Position numbers and translations under genes: made by a program
Shown here: positions 20,343-29,954 of the stretch, in pieces
Layout of the letters: every line of letters begins with the position of its first letter
How positions within the stretch are numbered: the stretch's first letter is position 1
The notes under the pieces: generated by a model
Databases searched by the model: none
What the model was told of the DNA's origin: nothing
Seen by the model: only the letters and a program-made list of their open reading frames with translations
Assembly (NCBI GenBank): GCA_026391475.1
Contig: JAPLED010000065.1
Location: forward strand, 38,702 to 102,701
Direction: 5' to 3'
Length of the DNA stretch: 64,000 bases
Source: Bacteroidia bacterium
GTDB lineage: Bacteria; Bacteroidota; Bacteroidia; Bacteroidales; VadinHA17

Positions 20343-22229
20343 ATGAAAAAAATTATAATTCTATTAATATTTGCGGGTATGAGTCTGGTATTACCAACTT
20401 CATGCCTTAAGGAATATCTCGACAAAGCTCCCCAACAGGGACTTACTGAAGACCAGATTTTCACTAAACTGGACAACTTTAAGCTGTTCTTCGATGCCGT
20501 TTATGCAGGGACGAAGTATGTTGGCACTGCATGGGACGATTATAACATCAAGAATGCATTCCCTCTTTATTTCGGACTCTGGGACCAGAAATATACTTTC
20601 GAATCTGTTACAGATGCTTCAGATCAGGGTCGTTATATGGAAGGACAGGCTTGGAAAAGCGGGAATATGTCAGAAACTATTGTAAATAAAATGACCTATG
20701 ATGCTGTCAGACGCCCCATCCTGGAGTCGATGTTTACCATTATAAGAATAAGCAATCAGGCTCTGAAAAACGTTAGCAGGATTGATGATGCTGATGATAA
20801 TGCAAAGAATGACCTGAGAGGTCAGGCTTACTTTGTAAGAGCTTTAGGCCATTTTACGCTTATGAATTTGTGGGGCCCCATGCCTTATCTTGATAAAGCT
20901 CTCGGACCGGATGACGAATGGGACATCCCCAGGTTGTCGAAGCATGAGTGTTTAACCAGGATCGCCCAGGATTTCGATTCATCTTATTACTTCTTTAACC
21001 TTGCAGGTAAAATCCGCAGAGATCCGCCTATAGGCGTGCCCGGACATCTTGATTATACTGCATACCAGATGTACCGTCCTAACGGTATGGCAGCATTAGC
21101 TTACAAAGCGAGGGCATTACTTTACAGGGCAAGTCCGCTCAACAATGAAAAAGGAGTAACCGACTGGCAGGAAGCTGCAGCTGCATCATGGCAGGCTTTG
21201 CAGGTTGCACTTAACCAGGGTGGCGCTTCTCTGTTAACAATTGCAAACCGCAAGCAAAATTATTTTGGTGCAACGAATACTGATGAAAGTCTTTGGACAT
21301 TTACTTATGGAACACTCACCTGGAACAATGGTGGTTTCACAAACGTAACCAATTGTGGCTTTGCATCCTTGTTCAATGGAGTTTTCGGAGCCAGTACAGG
21401 ATCATGGTCAGGAGTATGCCCAACCCAGAACTTCGTTGATAAATATGAGACCAGCTTTGGAGAACCGCTTAATACCGCGGCTGATCAGGCTGCGGCTACA
21501 GCAGCAGGACATTACAATGAGCAGGACCCATACGCAAACAGGGACCCGCGTCTTGCCACAGATATTATAACTAACCAATCTCCATGTCAGGGATGGACAA
21601 GTAATAAAGCTCAGATTTATTACTCGGTTGCAGCAGGAGCAGTAACTTATTCAGAACTGCTCCAACAGAATTACCTGGGTATTACCAAGACAGGTTATTA
21701 TTTAAGAAAATTCTGGTTTGATAACAGTACGAAAAACCAGGTATCCAGTATTTTTAGTGACCCGTTATTCCGTCTGGCAGAATTATACCTTGATTATGCA
21801 GAAGCCGCTAACGAAGCTTATGGTCCAAATACACCTGCTCCGGGTGCGACACTTACTGCAGTTCAGGCAATTAATGCGGTCAGGACAAGGGCCGGAATGC
21901 CCAATGTTCTTGCTGCTTATACAGGAAGTACAGCTGCCTTCAGACCCAGGATCAAAAATGAACGAAATGTCGAATTATCATGGGAGGGACATTATTACTA
22001 TGACATACACCGGTGGATGGATCTTCAGACAATAATGTCAAGTACCCTAATCGGTATGGATATAGAAAAAGTAACTGCAACACCTGCTTATCCGATTGGC
22101 TTCAGGCATACCCGTAAACCATTGTCGCAGGACCGACAGGTAGTATGGAAACCTCAGATGTATTATCTGCCTTTCAATAATGCAGATAATTTAAAAATGA
22201 CAAAATTTGTCCCAAACCCTGTTTGGTAA
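20343..22229 (+). CDS. SusD/RagB-family lipoprotein (pair 1)
   Basis: 628 aa. Lipobox LPTSC. The RNVELSWEGHYYYDIHRW block matches the conserved SusD C-terminal motif. It starts 17 nt after the SusC gene. Confidence 0.9.
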   Translation: MKKIIILLIFAGMSLVLPTSCLKEYLDKAPQQGLTEDQIFTKLDNFKLFFDAVYAGTKYVGTAWDDYNIKNAFPLYFGLWDQKYTFESVTDASDQGRYMEGQAWKSGNMSETIVNKMTYDAVRRPILESMFTIIRISNQALKNVSRIDDADDNAKNDLRGQAYFVRALGHFTLMNLWGPMPYLDKALGPDDEWDIPRLSKHECLTRIAQDFDSSYYFFNLAGKIRRDPPIGVPGHLDYTAYQMYRPNGMAALAYKARALLYRASPLNNEKGVTDWQEAAAASWQALQVALNQGGASLLTIANRKQNYFGATNTDESLWTFTYGTLTWNNGGFTNVTNCGFASLFNGVFGASTGSWSGVCPTQNFVDKYETSFGEPLNTAADQAAATAAGHYNEQDPYANRDPRLATDIITNQSPCQGWTSNKAQIYYSVAAGAVTYSELLQQNYLGITKTGYYLRKFWFDNSTKNQVSSIFSDPLFRLAELYLDYAEAANEAYGPNTPAPGATLTAVQAINAVRTRAGMPNVLAAYTGSTAAFRPRIKNERNVELSWEGHYYYDIHRWMDLQTIMSSTLIGMDIEKVTATPAYPIGFRHTRKPLSQDRQVVWKPQMYYLPFNNADNLKMTKFVPNPVW

Positions 22230-22253
22230 CATAAACCATTAAAACCAAAGTTT

Positions 22254-25200
22254 ATGAGATTTAAATATATATTATACCAAAAAATCATATTTGCCTGCCT
22301 GCTGGCTTTTTGCATTCTTCTTTCAGTACCGGTTAATGCACAGGCTCAGAAAGAGAAAAAGGTCAGGCAGCTGATAGACGTTACTCTGAAAGTTGTTGAT
22401 GAGAACGGAACACCAATCCCTAACGCAAGTGTGATAATCGGCGAAGGGATAACCCATACCGAAACTGATCAGAATGGTTCGGTGGCATTTAAAGGGTATG
22501 CTGTGGATATTGTGACAATATCTGCTCTTGCTTTTGAGAAAAATGTGTCTGTTGTTTCAGACCTGCTCCAGAAGAATACCATAACACTTTTAAAAGCGAA
22601 GATTCACATGACAGCCAATGATGCGGTGCGACTACCTTATTCAACGCTGAAAAGACGTAATCTTACAGGACCTGAAGTGGTAATGCAGGGTAAGTATTTT
22701 GAAAAGTACCCTTCGACAGATATTCGTAATACCCTGACAGGTATGACCTCAGGTTGGGATATCAGGGAAATTGACGGTTCTCCCGGTTTAAGTTCACAGG
22801 AAGGGCTTCAGCAATATACCGGCCTTTCAAATGCATTTGGTACTTCTGATAAATTCAGCGGTGTTCCATTAGTAATGATCGACGGTATGATCACAGAGCT
22901 TAACGAAGCTCCCCTCGATCCTTCAGATATTGAATCAGCCACATTATTAAAAGGTATTCTTGGAACTACAATGTACGGACCGGCAGGGGCAGGAGGAATT
23001 CTAATGATAACGACCAAGCGCGGTGTTAAAAACGAACGCCTTCTGAATCTTGATGTTGAAACCGGTGTTAGTGTGGTTGACAGAATGCCGGGTTATGCAT
23101 CAGGAGCAGAATATGCTACATTAAATAACCAGGCAAGAGTAAATGATGGGCTGGCTGAAAAATACACACCGACTGCAATCAGTGAATATGCTAAGAATGA
23201 TCCTAACAGCCTTCGTTATCCCAGTGTTAATTTCAGGGACATGATGCTGAAGAACTCGAAGTCATTCAAAAGAGTTAATCTGTCATCTTCAGGAGGTAAT
23301 GACATGGTCCAATACTTTTCGGCTATCGGATACAACGGGGAAGGAGATATTTATAATATTGGCAGTACGGCCGATTATAACAGGATCAATACAAGGCAGA
23401 ATGTCAATGTAAAAGTCAACGACCAGATTAATGTGCAATTCAGCTTTTATGGCAACATCACTTACCGTCGTTCTCCAAACTATGGATATAACTCTAACTT
23501 TACATCAGAGGATGCATCTTCGAACCCTGTTCTTACTCTTATTGAATTACCAAGTATTCTTAATGATATAAATACAATACCACCGGTTGCATTCCCGGTA
23601 AATGTTTATACCGATCTTACAAGTAACACTCCATGGTATGGTGTCAGTTCAAGTTATTCCCAGAATCCGGTCGGTGCCCTTGTAAGCCAGGGTTACTATT
23701 CTGACAAGGGACGTACAGGCGTTTCCAATATTACTTTTAATTATGATGCGGGGAATATTATTAAAGGGCTTAAGTCGAGTACATATTTTGGATTTAATAT
23801 TCACGATATGACCCGTATCGGGAAAGCCAATGATTATCTGGCTTATACCAGCTCCATATCGTCAAAAACAGGGAATGACACTATAATAAAGTCTTCTTCG
23901 CATGGCTTGGTTACACAATCGGATATGGCCAAACTGCTGGACTATTATTTTCAGCGGTATACTTTATATGAGAACATCAGTTATGACAGAACATTTGGGG
24001 ATAACACCATTCAGTCTACGCTGACATATAATCAGGTAAAGGCATTCTTTAACGGTATTGAAGAGCCTCAGCGTAATAACAATCTTGTCTGGTCAGCTAT
24101 GTACTCCTTTAAGGACAAATACTCTTTGCAGGCAGTTATGAATTATGCCGGTACATATAGTTTTGACAAAAATCTGAGATACAAATTGTTCCCGGCTGTC
24201 GGTGCAAGCTGGGTTGTTTCAGATGAAAGCTTTTTGTCGAACTCGAAGCTTATAAACTATTTTAAACTACGTGCCCAGTATGGAGTAGTCGGGAATGAAA
24301 CATATATGCCTCCATTCTATTACGTTGACAGGTGGAGTCAGAACAGTTCAGGAAGTGCTTTTGGCCCTTATTCTTCCCTGCAATGGTTTGGTAGTACAAC
24401 GGAATCAACTGTCTATAGAAATTCTCCGCAGAGGGTAGGCAATCCTGATCTCACATGGGAACTTAGGAAAGAATTTACGGCTGGTTTCGATGCTTTGTTA
24501 TTAAACCAGAAGTTATCGCTTGATATGACCTACTGGAATATTCTTACGGATGGTGCAATTGTACAGATCAACAATACATTACCCTATACAGCAGGATTAC
24601 AGGGTGCAAGGCCATGGTACAATTTCACCAAGACCAGGTATAACATGGTAACAGTCGATGTTAAGTTTTCTGACAATGCAGGTGATTTTTCATATACCCT
24701 TGGAGCAAATGCAACAACTTCTATAGGAACGAGAGTGAAATATGATGAACCAAATTACAGGTTTGATTATCAGAAGCGTACAGGAAAAGTATCAGATGCT
24801 ATATTTGGTATGGTTTACCAGGGGAAATTTGCAACCGATGCAGAAACAACGGTTATTCCCCAGTTGTATGATGCGGTTCTTAAGGCCGGTGACCTGAAAT
24901 ACCAGGATATGAACAATGACGGATTTATTGATGATAACGATCAGGCTATGATAGGCCATTCATCACCTCGTCTCTATTATGCTCTGAATGCAACTTTAAA
25001 GTATAAAAATTTTGAATTGTACGTTCTGGGTGCCGGAAGAGCATTTTACGACATAGCTTTGACTAATTCATACTACTGGAACGGCTGGGGTGATAATAAC
25101 TATTCCAATTTTGTTAAAGACAACGTTGATGGTGCTTATCCAAGGCTGACTTATTATAAAGTAAATAATAACTTTGTAACATCAGATTTCTGGCTTACAA

Positions 25201-25421
25201 ACGGAAGTTACTTTAAGATCCAGAATGTTGAATTATCCTATACAATTCCGGCAAAAATGCTTCAGTTTGTGGGCGGCCGTGGAATTAAGATCTATGCAAG
25301 AGGTGCCAATTTATTGACAATCTCAAAAGTAAAAGATATAGATCCTGAGTCAATTAATTCCGGAGTTTCGGTTTATCCACTGTTCAAGACTTTCTCCGGT
25401 GGTGTTAAATTTAACTTTTAA
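22254..25421 (+). CDS. SusC-like TonB-dependent outer-membrane transporter (pair 2)
   Basis: 1055 aa. It has a signal peptide, a carboxypeptidase-regulatory-like domain (LKVVDENGTPIPNASVIIGEG), a plug (MITTKRG) and the C-terminal GGVKFNF. Confidence 0.88.
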   Translation: MRFKYILYQKIIFACLLAFCILLSVPVNAQAQKEKKVRQLIDVTLKVVDENGTPIPNASVIIGEGITHTETDQNGSVAFKGYAVDIVTISALAFEKNVSVVSDLLQKNTITLLKAKIHMTANDAVRLPYSTLKRRNLTGPEVVMQGKYFEKYPSTDIRNTLTGMTSGWDIREIDGSPGLSSQEGLQQYTGLSNAFGTSDKFSGVPLVMIDGMITELNEAPLDPSDIESATLLKGILGTTMYGPAGAGGILMITTKRGVKNERLLNLDVETGVSVVDRMPGYASGAEYATLNNQARVNDGLAEKYTPTAISEYAKNDPNSLRYPSVNFRDMMLKNSKSFKRVNLSSSGGNDMVQYFSAIGYNGEGDIYNIGSTADYNRINTRQNVNVKVNDQINVQFSFYGNITYRRSPNYGYNSNFTSEDASSNPVLTLIELPSILNDINTIPPVAFPVNVYTDLTSNTPWYGVSSSYSQNPVGALVSQGYYSDKGRTGVSNITFNYDAGNIIKGLKSSTYFGFNIHDMTRIGKANDYLAYTSSISSKTGNDTIIKSSSHGLVTQSDMAKLLDYYFQRYTLYENISYDRTFGDNTIQSTLTYNQVKAFFNGIEEPQRNNNLVWSAMYSFKDKYSLQAVMNYAGTYSFDKNLRYKLFPAVGASWVVSDESFLSNSKLINYFKLRAQYGVVGNETYMPPFYYVDRWSQNSSGSAFGPYSSLQWFGSTTESTVYRNSPQRVGNPDLTWELRKEFTAGFDALLLNQKLSLDMTYWNILTDGAIVQINNTLPYTAGLQGARPWYNFTKTRYNMVTVDVKFSDNAGDFSYTLGANATTSIGTRVKYDEPNYRFDYQKRTGKVSDAIFGMVYQGKFATDAETTVIPQLYDAVLKAGDLKYQDMNNDGFIDDNDQAMIGHSSPRLYYALNATLKYKNFELYVLGAGRAFYDIALTNSYYWNGWGDNNYSNFVKDNVDGAYPRLTYYKVNNNFVTSDFWLTNGSYFKIQNVELSYTIPAKMLQFVGGRGIKIYARGANLLTISKVKDIDPESINSGVSVYPLFKTFSGGVKFNF

Positions 25422-25432
25422 TATAAGTAATT

Positions 25433-27262
25433 ATGAAGACGAAGAAAATTATATTATTAGGATTCATTATAGCTCTTTTAGGTTCATGCGTCAAATATCT
25501 GGAACCATATCCAAATGGTAACTACGATAGTGAGACGCTCTGGCAATACCAGAACCTGGTTCAGGGACTTATTGGATACTGCTATGATAATGTGAACTCT
25601 AATAACAGAAATTATGCTGATAATGAGGGAGTCTACCTGGATGGAGCTACCGATGATGCAGTAGTAACCAGTTCGACCAATGTAATGCGTCGTTATGCAG
25701 TTAATACAATGACTACCAGTCAGGATCCTTTTGCTACCTACTGGGATCGCGATTACAGGTCAATCAGGAACTGCAATCTCTTTTTAAAAGACAGGCGTGG
25801 TTATAATACTAAGTTTATTCTTAACAGCCATTGGAACGATCTGGTAAAAAACAGGCTCCAGGGCGAGGCTTTTGCACTCCGTGCCTTTTTTGAATGGGAT
25901 CTTCTGCAGAAATTCGGAGGAAAAGGAACAGATGGTACAATGCTCGGGTTCCCGATAGTTACTGATGTATTCAATGCTACTGACGATATCAATCTTGCAC
26001 GTAATACGTATGATGATTGCGTTAAGCAGATAATTGCAGATTGCGATTCAGCATGGAAATACCTGCCGATAGCACACCGTGACTACCTTGTTGCTGCCGC
26101 CGATTTGGGTTATGCCGGTGGGAAATACTGGAACCGGTTCGACGGAATTACAATGAGAGCTATCAAAGCACAGGTATATCTTACATGGGCAAGCCCGAGG
26201 TTCAATCCGGCAAATAATGTTTCCCGCTGGGACAGTGCTGCATATAATGCCAAAAAAGTTATGGATTTCAAAATGACAAAGGATGTTGTTGTAGGCAATA
26301 CTAATAGTTTCAATCCAACTAATGGAGTTGTATGGACAAACCCCAACTCACCTGAAATAGTATTTGGAACTCGTTGGAATACAAGTAATTTGACTATGGA
26401 GAGGTTGTTTTATCCGGGTGGTTTCCAGGGAACAGCATCGGTTGGAGCAACACAGGAACTGGTAGATGCATTCCCGATGGCAAACGGGCGTCCCATAACT
26501 GATCCGCTCAGCTTATATAACCCTGCAAATCCATATACAGGCCGTGATCCGAGATTCTATAGCTCTATTTTTTATAACACTGCACCGGCTAAGCTGAATA
26601 ACACGGGTGCCACAATGTATACCTTTGAAAACTGGAACGCAGGTCCGACAGTTGGTAAAGATGCTGCCGGTACAAAATCAGACAATACCCGTACTAATTA
26701 TTACATTAAGAAGTATATTTTTATGGGCTATAACCCAACTGCTGCATCACCTTCATCAGTGACACATTCCAAGTTCATCGTTCGCTGGGCACATATGGTA
26801 CTTACATTTGCTGAAGCAGCCAACCATGTTACGCACAACCCCAATACAGCATTGTATGGCATGACACCAAAAGCTGCTATCAAATTACTTCGTGTAAGAA
26901 AAACATACGATAACGCTACCGGACTGTCAGCTACTGATCCGTATCTTGATGAACAAACAACCGAAGCCGCATTTGATGCGTTGGTTAAAAATGAGCGCAG
27001 GATTGAAACCTGTTTCGAAGGAATGAGATTTTATGACCTTCGCCGCTGGACAACCGATGCCACCTGGGGAACTGTAATAAATTCACCGGTTCATGGTGCT
27101 TATATAACCCAGGTTCCAGGAACTCCTGTAACATATACATATAACCTGAATTATGTGGTTGAGGTACGTAATTTTCCTTCACCTTACAATCCAATACCTT
27201 ACAGCGAGATGTTGAGGATGAGTAAACTTATTCAGAATGAGGGATGGCCTTCATGGAACTAA
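25433..27262 (+). CDS. SusD/RagB-family lipoprotein (pair 2)
   Basis: 609 aa. Lipobox LLGSC. Contains the ERRIETCFEGMRFYDLRRW motif. Confidence 0.9.
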   Translation: MKTKKIILLGFIIALLGSCVKYLEPYPNGNYDSETLWQYQNLVQGLIGYCYDNVNSNNRNYADNEGVYLDGATDDAVVTSSTNVMRRYAVNTMTTSQDPFATYWDRDYRSIRNCNLFLKDRRGYNTKFILNSHWNDLVKNRLQGEAFALRAFFEWDLLQKFGGKGTDGTMLGFPIVTDVFNATDDINLARNTYDDCVKQIIADCDSAWKYLPIAHRDYLVAAADLGYAGGKYWNRFDGITMRAIKAQVYLTWASPRFNPANNVSRWDSAAYNAKKVMDFKMTKDVVVGNTNSFNPTNGVVWTNPNSPEIVFGTRWNTSNLTMERLFYPGGFQGTASVGATQELVDAFPMANGRPITDPLSLYNPANPYTGRDPRFYSSIFYNTAPAKLNNTGATMYTFENWNAGPTVGKDAAGTKSDNTRTNYYIKKYIFMGYNPTAASPSSVTHSKFIVRWAHMVLTFAEAANHVTHNPNTALYGMTPKAAIKLLRVRKTYDNATGLSATDPYLDEQTTEAAFDALVKNERRIETCFEGMRFYDLRRWTTDATWGTVINSPVHGAYITQVPGTPVTYTYNLNYVVEVRNFPSPYNPIPYSEMLRMSKLIQNEGWPSWN

Positions 27263-27281
27263 AACTTAAAAAGAAACAGAT

Positions 27282-28265
27282 ATGAAAAAGTTATTAGCTT
27301 TTATAATTCTTTCAATAGCAATGGTTTCATGCTATGATAATTATATTTACGATTTTACCTATACCGGCATATATTTCCCTTACCAGATGGATGTCCGTAC
27401 TTTTGTGGTAGGTGAGGGGATGAAATTTGAGGTTGGTGCTGCGTTAGGCGGAGTCAGAGAGAACACTATTAACCGCAATGTGAGCTTTATTCTTGATAAT
27501 GCGCTGATTACACCAGCAAGACTTGCACTAATGAAAGCGGCTTCTCAGCCTTATATAAAGAATCCTGCAACCCCTGTTGTAACATTGCTGCAATTACCTG
27601 CAAACTATTATACAATCAGCAATCCAACTACGATGGTAATTAAGACAGGTCAGCATTCGGGAACAGTGACCATAAAACCGGACTCTGTTGCTTTCCTGAA
27701 CGATTCTTTAAAAACAATGTATTCCACCTATGCCCTGCCATTTCGTATTACTGCAGCAGATGCCGATTCTATGCCTTACCTTAAAAGAACCAATATTGTT
27801 GGTGTAAGGTTTGAGAACATGCTTTTCGGAAACTACTGGCATGGTGGAGCAGCATTGGTCAATCGTCCGGGTAAAGTGGATACAACAATGATTTACAGGT
27901 GGGCTGTTAATGATATTGCATCAAAAATATGGACACTTACCACGTTCGGACCAAACACCCTGGTTACCAATGGGTACTTTAGTCAGACAACTACCAAGAC
28001 TGAGTTAAAACTCGTTCTTAAAGGAAACAAGGTTTATGTGAGTACTGCTGCCGGTTCAACCTATACTTATGTGCCGGATGCAGTGGGTACTTTTAACCGA
28101 GCAAAACTGATTCAGGACAGGAAGATCTTCCTGAAGTATACTTATACAGTCCCCGGTGTCGGTGGTTTTACGTATCACTGCACTGATACACTGATTTTCC
28201 GTAACAGGCTCCGTGATGGTATAAATGAGTGGCAGGATGAGAATCCTTCGCACTATACGAAGTAG
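27282..28265 (+). CDS. Surface lipoprotein, DUF1735/BT_3987-like (candidate surface glycan-binding protein)
   Basis: 327 aa. Lipobox AMVSC. It sits directly after a SusD gene. I recognise the N-terminal pattern (YDFTYTGIYFPYQ..RTFVVGEG) as DUF1735-like, but that is from memory only. Confidence 0.55.
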   Translation: MKKLLAFIILSIAMVSCYDNYIYDFTYTGIYFPYQMDVRTFVVGEGMKFEVGAALGGVRENTINRNVSFILDNALITPARLALMKAASQPYIKNPATPVVTLLQLPANYYTISNPTTMVIKTGQHSGTVTIKPDSVAFLNDSLKTMYSTYALPFRITAADADSMPYLKRTNIVGVRFENMLFGNYWHGGAALVNRPGKVDTTMIYRWAVNDIASKIWTLTTFGPNTLVTNGYFSQTTTKTELKLVLKGNKVYVSTAAGSTYTYVPDAVGTFNRAKLIQDRKIFLKYTYTVPGVGGFTYHCTDTLIFRNRLRDGINEWQDENPSHYTK

Positions 28266-28306
28266 TCTAATGTCCCTGATTTATTAATCAGCGACCGTAT
28301 ATAATT

Positions 28307-28342
28307 AGCACTGTCTTCCGGGAGGAAGACAGTGCTTTTTTA
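28307..28342 (+). terminator. Rho-independent terminator closing the SusC/D operon
   Basis: AGCACTGTCTTCC-GGGA-GGAAGACAGTGCT forms a perfect 13-bp stem and is followed by TTTTTT. Confidence 0.85.
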
Positions 28343-28364
28343 TAACATGAACTCAGGTACAAAA

Positions 28365-28372
28365 TAATTTTG
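28365..28372 (+). promoter_or_regulatory. Candidate -7 box TAATTTTG
   Basis: The sequence fits TAnnTTTG and lies 40 nt upstream of the ATG at 28413, directly after the terminator. Confidence 0.4.
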
Positions 28373-28412
28373 TATCTTGTACATAATATATAAATATTCC
28401 TCACACCCGACT

Positions 28413-29819
28413 ATGAAAATAAAGCTATTAGTTCTGTTTTTTTTAATTGTAGTTTTTGGAAAGATTTCCGCACAGTTACCACAGGATGTTTATAAAAAAC
28501 CTCTTAAAGAGGTGCTTGTCGATTTAGAGAAGAAGTACAATATTAAACTTGAGTATAGTGAAAACTTAGTGAAGGGTATCAACGTTTTATACCCGACATG
28601 GCGCTACAGGATTGATACTGAAACGACGCTGACCAATATCCTGATGCCTCTCGATATGGTCTTTCAGAAAAAAAGCGATAATGTTTACCAGATTGCAAAA
28701 TTCGAATATTATCGTAAAACATTCGAAGAGGGGAAGAGGCACCTCGATCAGCTCCTTGCAAGCTATCCAACAGTTCAGGATTGGGAGCAGCGAAAAAAAG
28801 AGCTTCGTAGTTGTTTCCTTCAACAGTTGAGGCTTTCACCACTTCCGAAAAAGACTCCTCTTAATCCGATTTATACTCAAAAACGGGTGATGGATGGCTA
28901 TACTATTGAGAATGTTGCTATTGAGACATTACCCGGAGTTTATCTTTGTGGTTCTCTTTACCGTCCTTCGAAAGGAAAAGGCCCTTTTGCGGCAGTACTC
29001 AGCCCCCACGGTCATTTCCCAAGTGCAGACCTGAATGAATATGGTCGTTACCGTCCGGACCAGCAATATCGTTGTGCAACATTGGCAAGGATGGGAGCAG
29101 TTGTTTTCAGCTATGAAATGTTTGCCTGGGGTGAATCGCTGCTTCAGGTTGAAAAAGAGGTACATAAAACCGGATTGGCTCTTACAATGCAAACATTGAA
29201 TAGTATCAGGGTACTCGATTTCCTTACTTCACTACCTTATGTCGATCCAAAAAGGATTGGTGTTACTGCTGCTTCCGGAGGTGGTACTCAATCTTTTCTT
29301 ATAACAGCTCTCGATGACAGGATAGCGGTAAGCGTTCCGGTTGTTATGGTGTCGGCATCTTTCTTTGGCGGATGTCCATGCGAAAGCGGTTTGCCAATTC
29401 ATTCATGTACCAATCTTGGAACTAATAATGCCGAGATTGCAGCAATGGCTTCACCTCGTCCGATGTTGGTTGTTTCTGAAACAAGCGACTGGACACAGAC
29501 CGTTCCGACCATAGAATTTCCTTACCTGAAAAAAGTATATAGCCTGTACGGAAAACCTGAAAACATTGAGAATGTGCATATTGAAAACGAAGAACATAAT
29601 TATGGTATTACAAAACGTCTGGCCATGTACGATTTTATGGCACGTCAACTGGGACTGAATATTAACGCTATTAAAGATAAAGCAGGTAAAATTGATGAAT
29701 CGAAATGCACCATTGAGAAATATGATGCAATGCTGGTATTCGGAAAAGAGGGGAGCCTTCCTGCAAATGCAGTTAAAGGTCCGGATGCTATCTGGGAGGT
29801 ATTGAAGTCGCTGCAATAA
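28413..29819 (+). CDS. Secreted alpha/beta-hydrolase (acetyl-xylan-esterase/dienelactone-hydrolase-like) with an N-terminal STN/FecR-C-like domain
   Basis: I take the start at MKIKLLVLFFLIVVFGKISAQ; the track ORF begins at an upstream TTG. The first ~100 aa after the signal peptide (PLKEVLVDLEKKYNIKLEY...TTLTNILMPLDMVFQKKSDNVYQI) follow the STN short-domain pattern. The C-terminal part has GVTAASGGGTQS (a nucleophile-elbow-like block) and a HNYG block. Confidence 0.65.
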   Translation: MKIKLLVLFFLIVVFGKISAQLPQDVYKKPLKEVLVDLEKKYNIKLEYSENLVKGINVLYPTWRYRIDTETTLTNILMPLDMVFQKKSDNVYQIAKFEYYRKTFEEGKRHLDQLLASYPTVQDWEQRKKELRSCFLQQLRLSPLPKKTPLNPIYTQKRVMDGYTIENVAIETLPGVYLCGSLYRPSKGKGPFAAVLSPHGHFPSADLNEYGRYRPDQQYRCATLARMGAVVFSYEMFAWGESLLQVEKEVHKTGLALTMQTLNSIRVLDFLTSLPYVDPKRIGVTAASGGGTQSFLITALDDRIAVSVPVVMVSASFFGGCPCESGLPIHSCTNLGTNNAEIAAMASPRPMLVVSETSDWTQTVPTIEFPYLKKVYSLYGKPENIENVHIENEEHNYGITKRLAMYDFMARQLGLNINAIKDKAGKIDESKCTIEKYDAMLVFGKEGSLPANAVKGPDAIWEVLKSLQ

Positions 29820-29824
29820 TACAT

Positions 29825-29938
29825 GAACTCACCCCCCGTCCCCCTCTCTGCTTCGCAAAGAGGGGGTGTAACACATTGTATATTAGTAAATTCTCCCTCT
29901 TTGCGAAGCAGAGAGGGGGAAAAGAAGGGGGTGAGTTC
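29825..29938. repeat. Large imperfect inverted repeat filling a convergent intergenic gap
   Basis: The arms are GAACTCACCCCC-(cgt)-CCCCCTCTCTGCTTCGCAAAGAGGGGG (29825-29866) and its reverse complement CCCTCTTTGCGAAGCAGAGAGGGGG-(aaaagaa)-GGGGGTGAGTTC (29895-29938). Each arm also contains an internal hairpin, CCCTCT..AGAGGG. Confidence 0.8.
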
Positions 29939-29954
29939 GTGTGGCAAGGATTCT

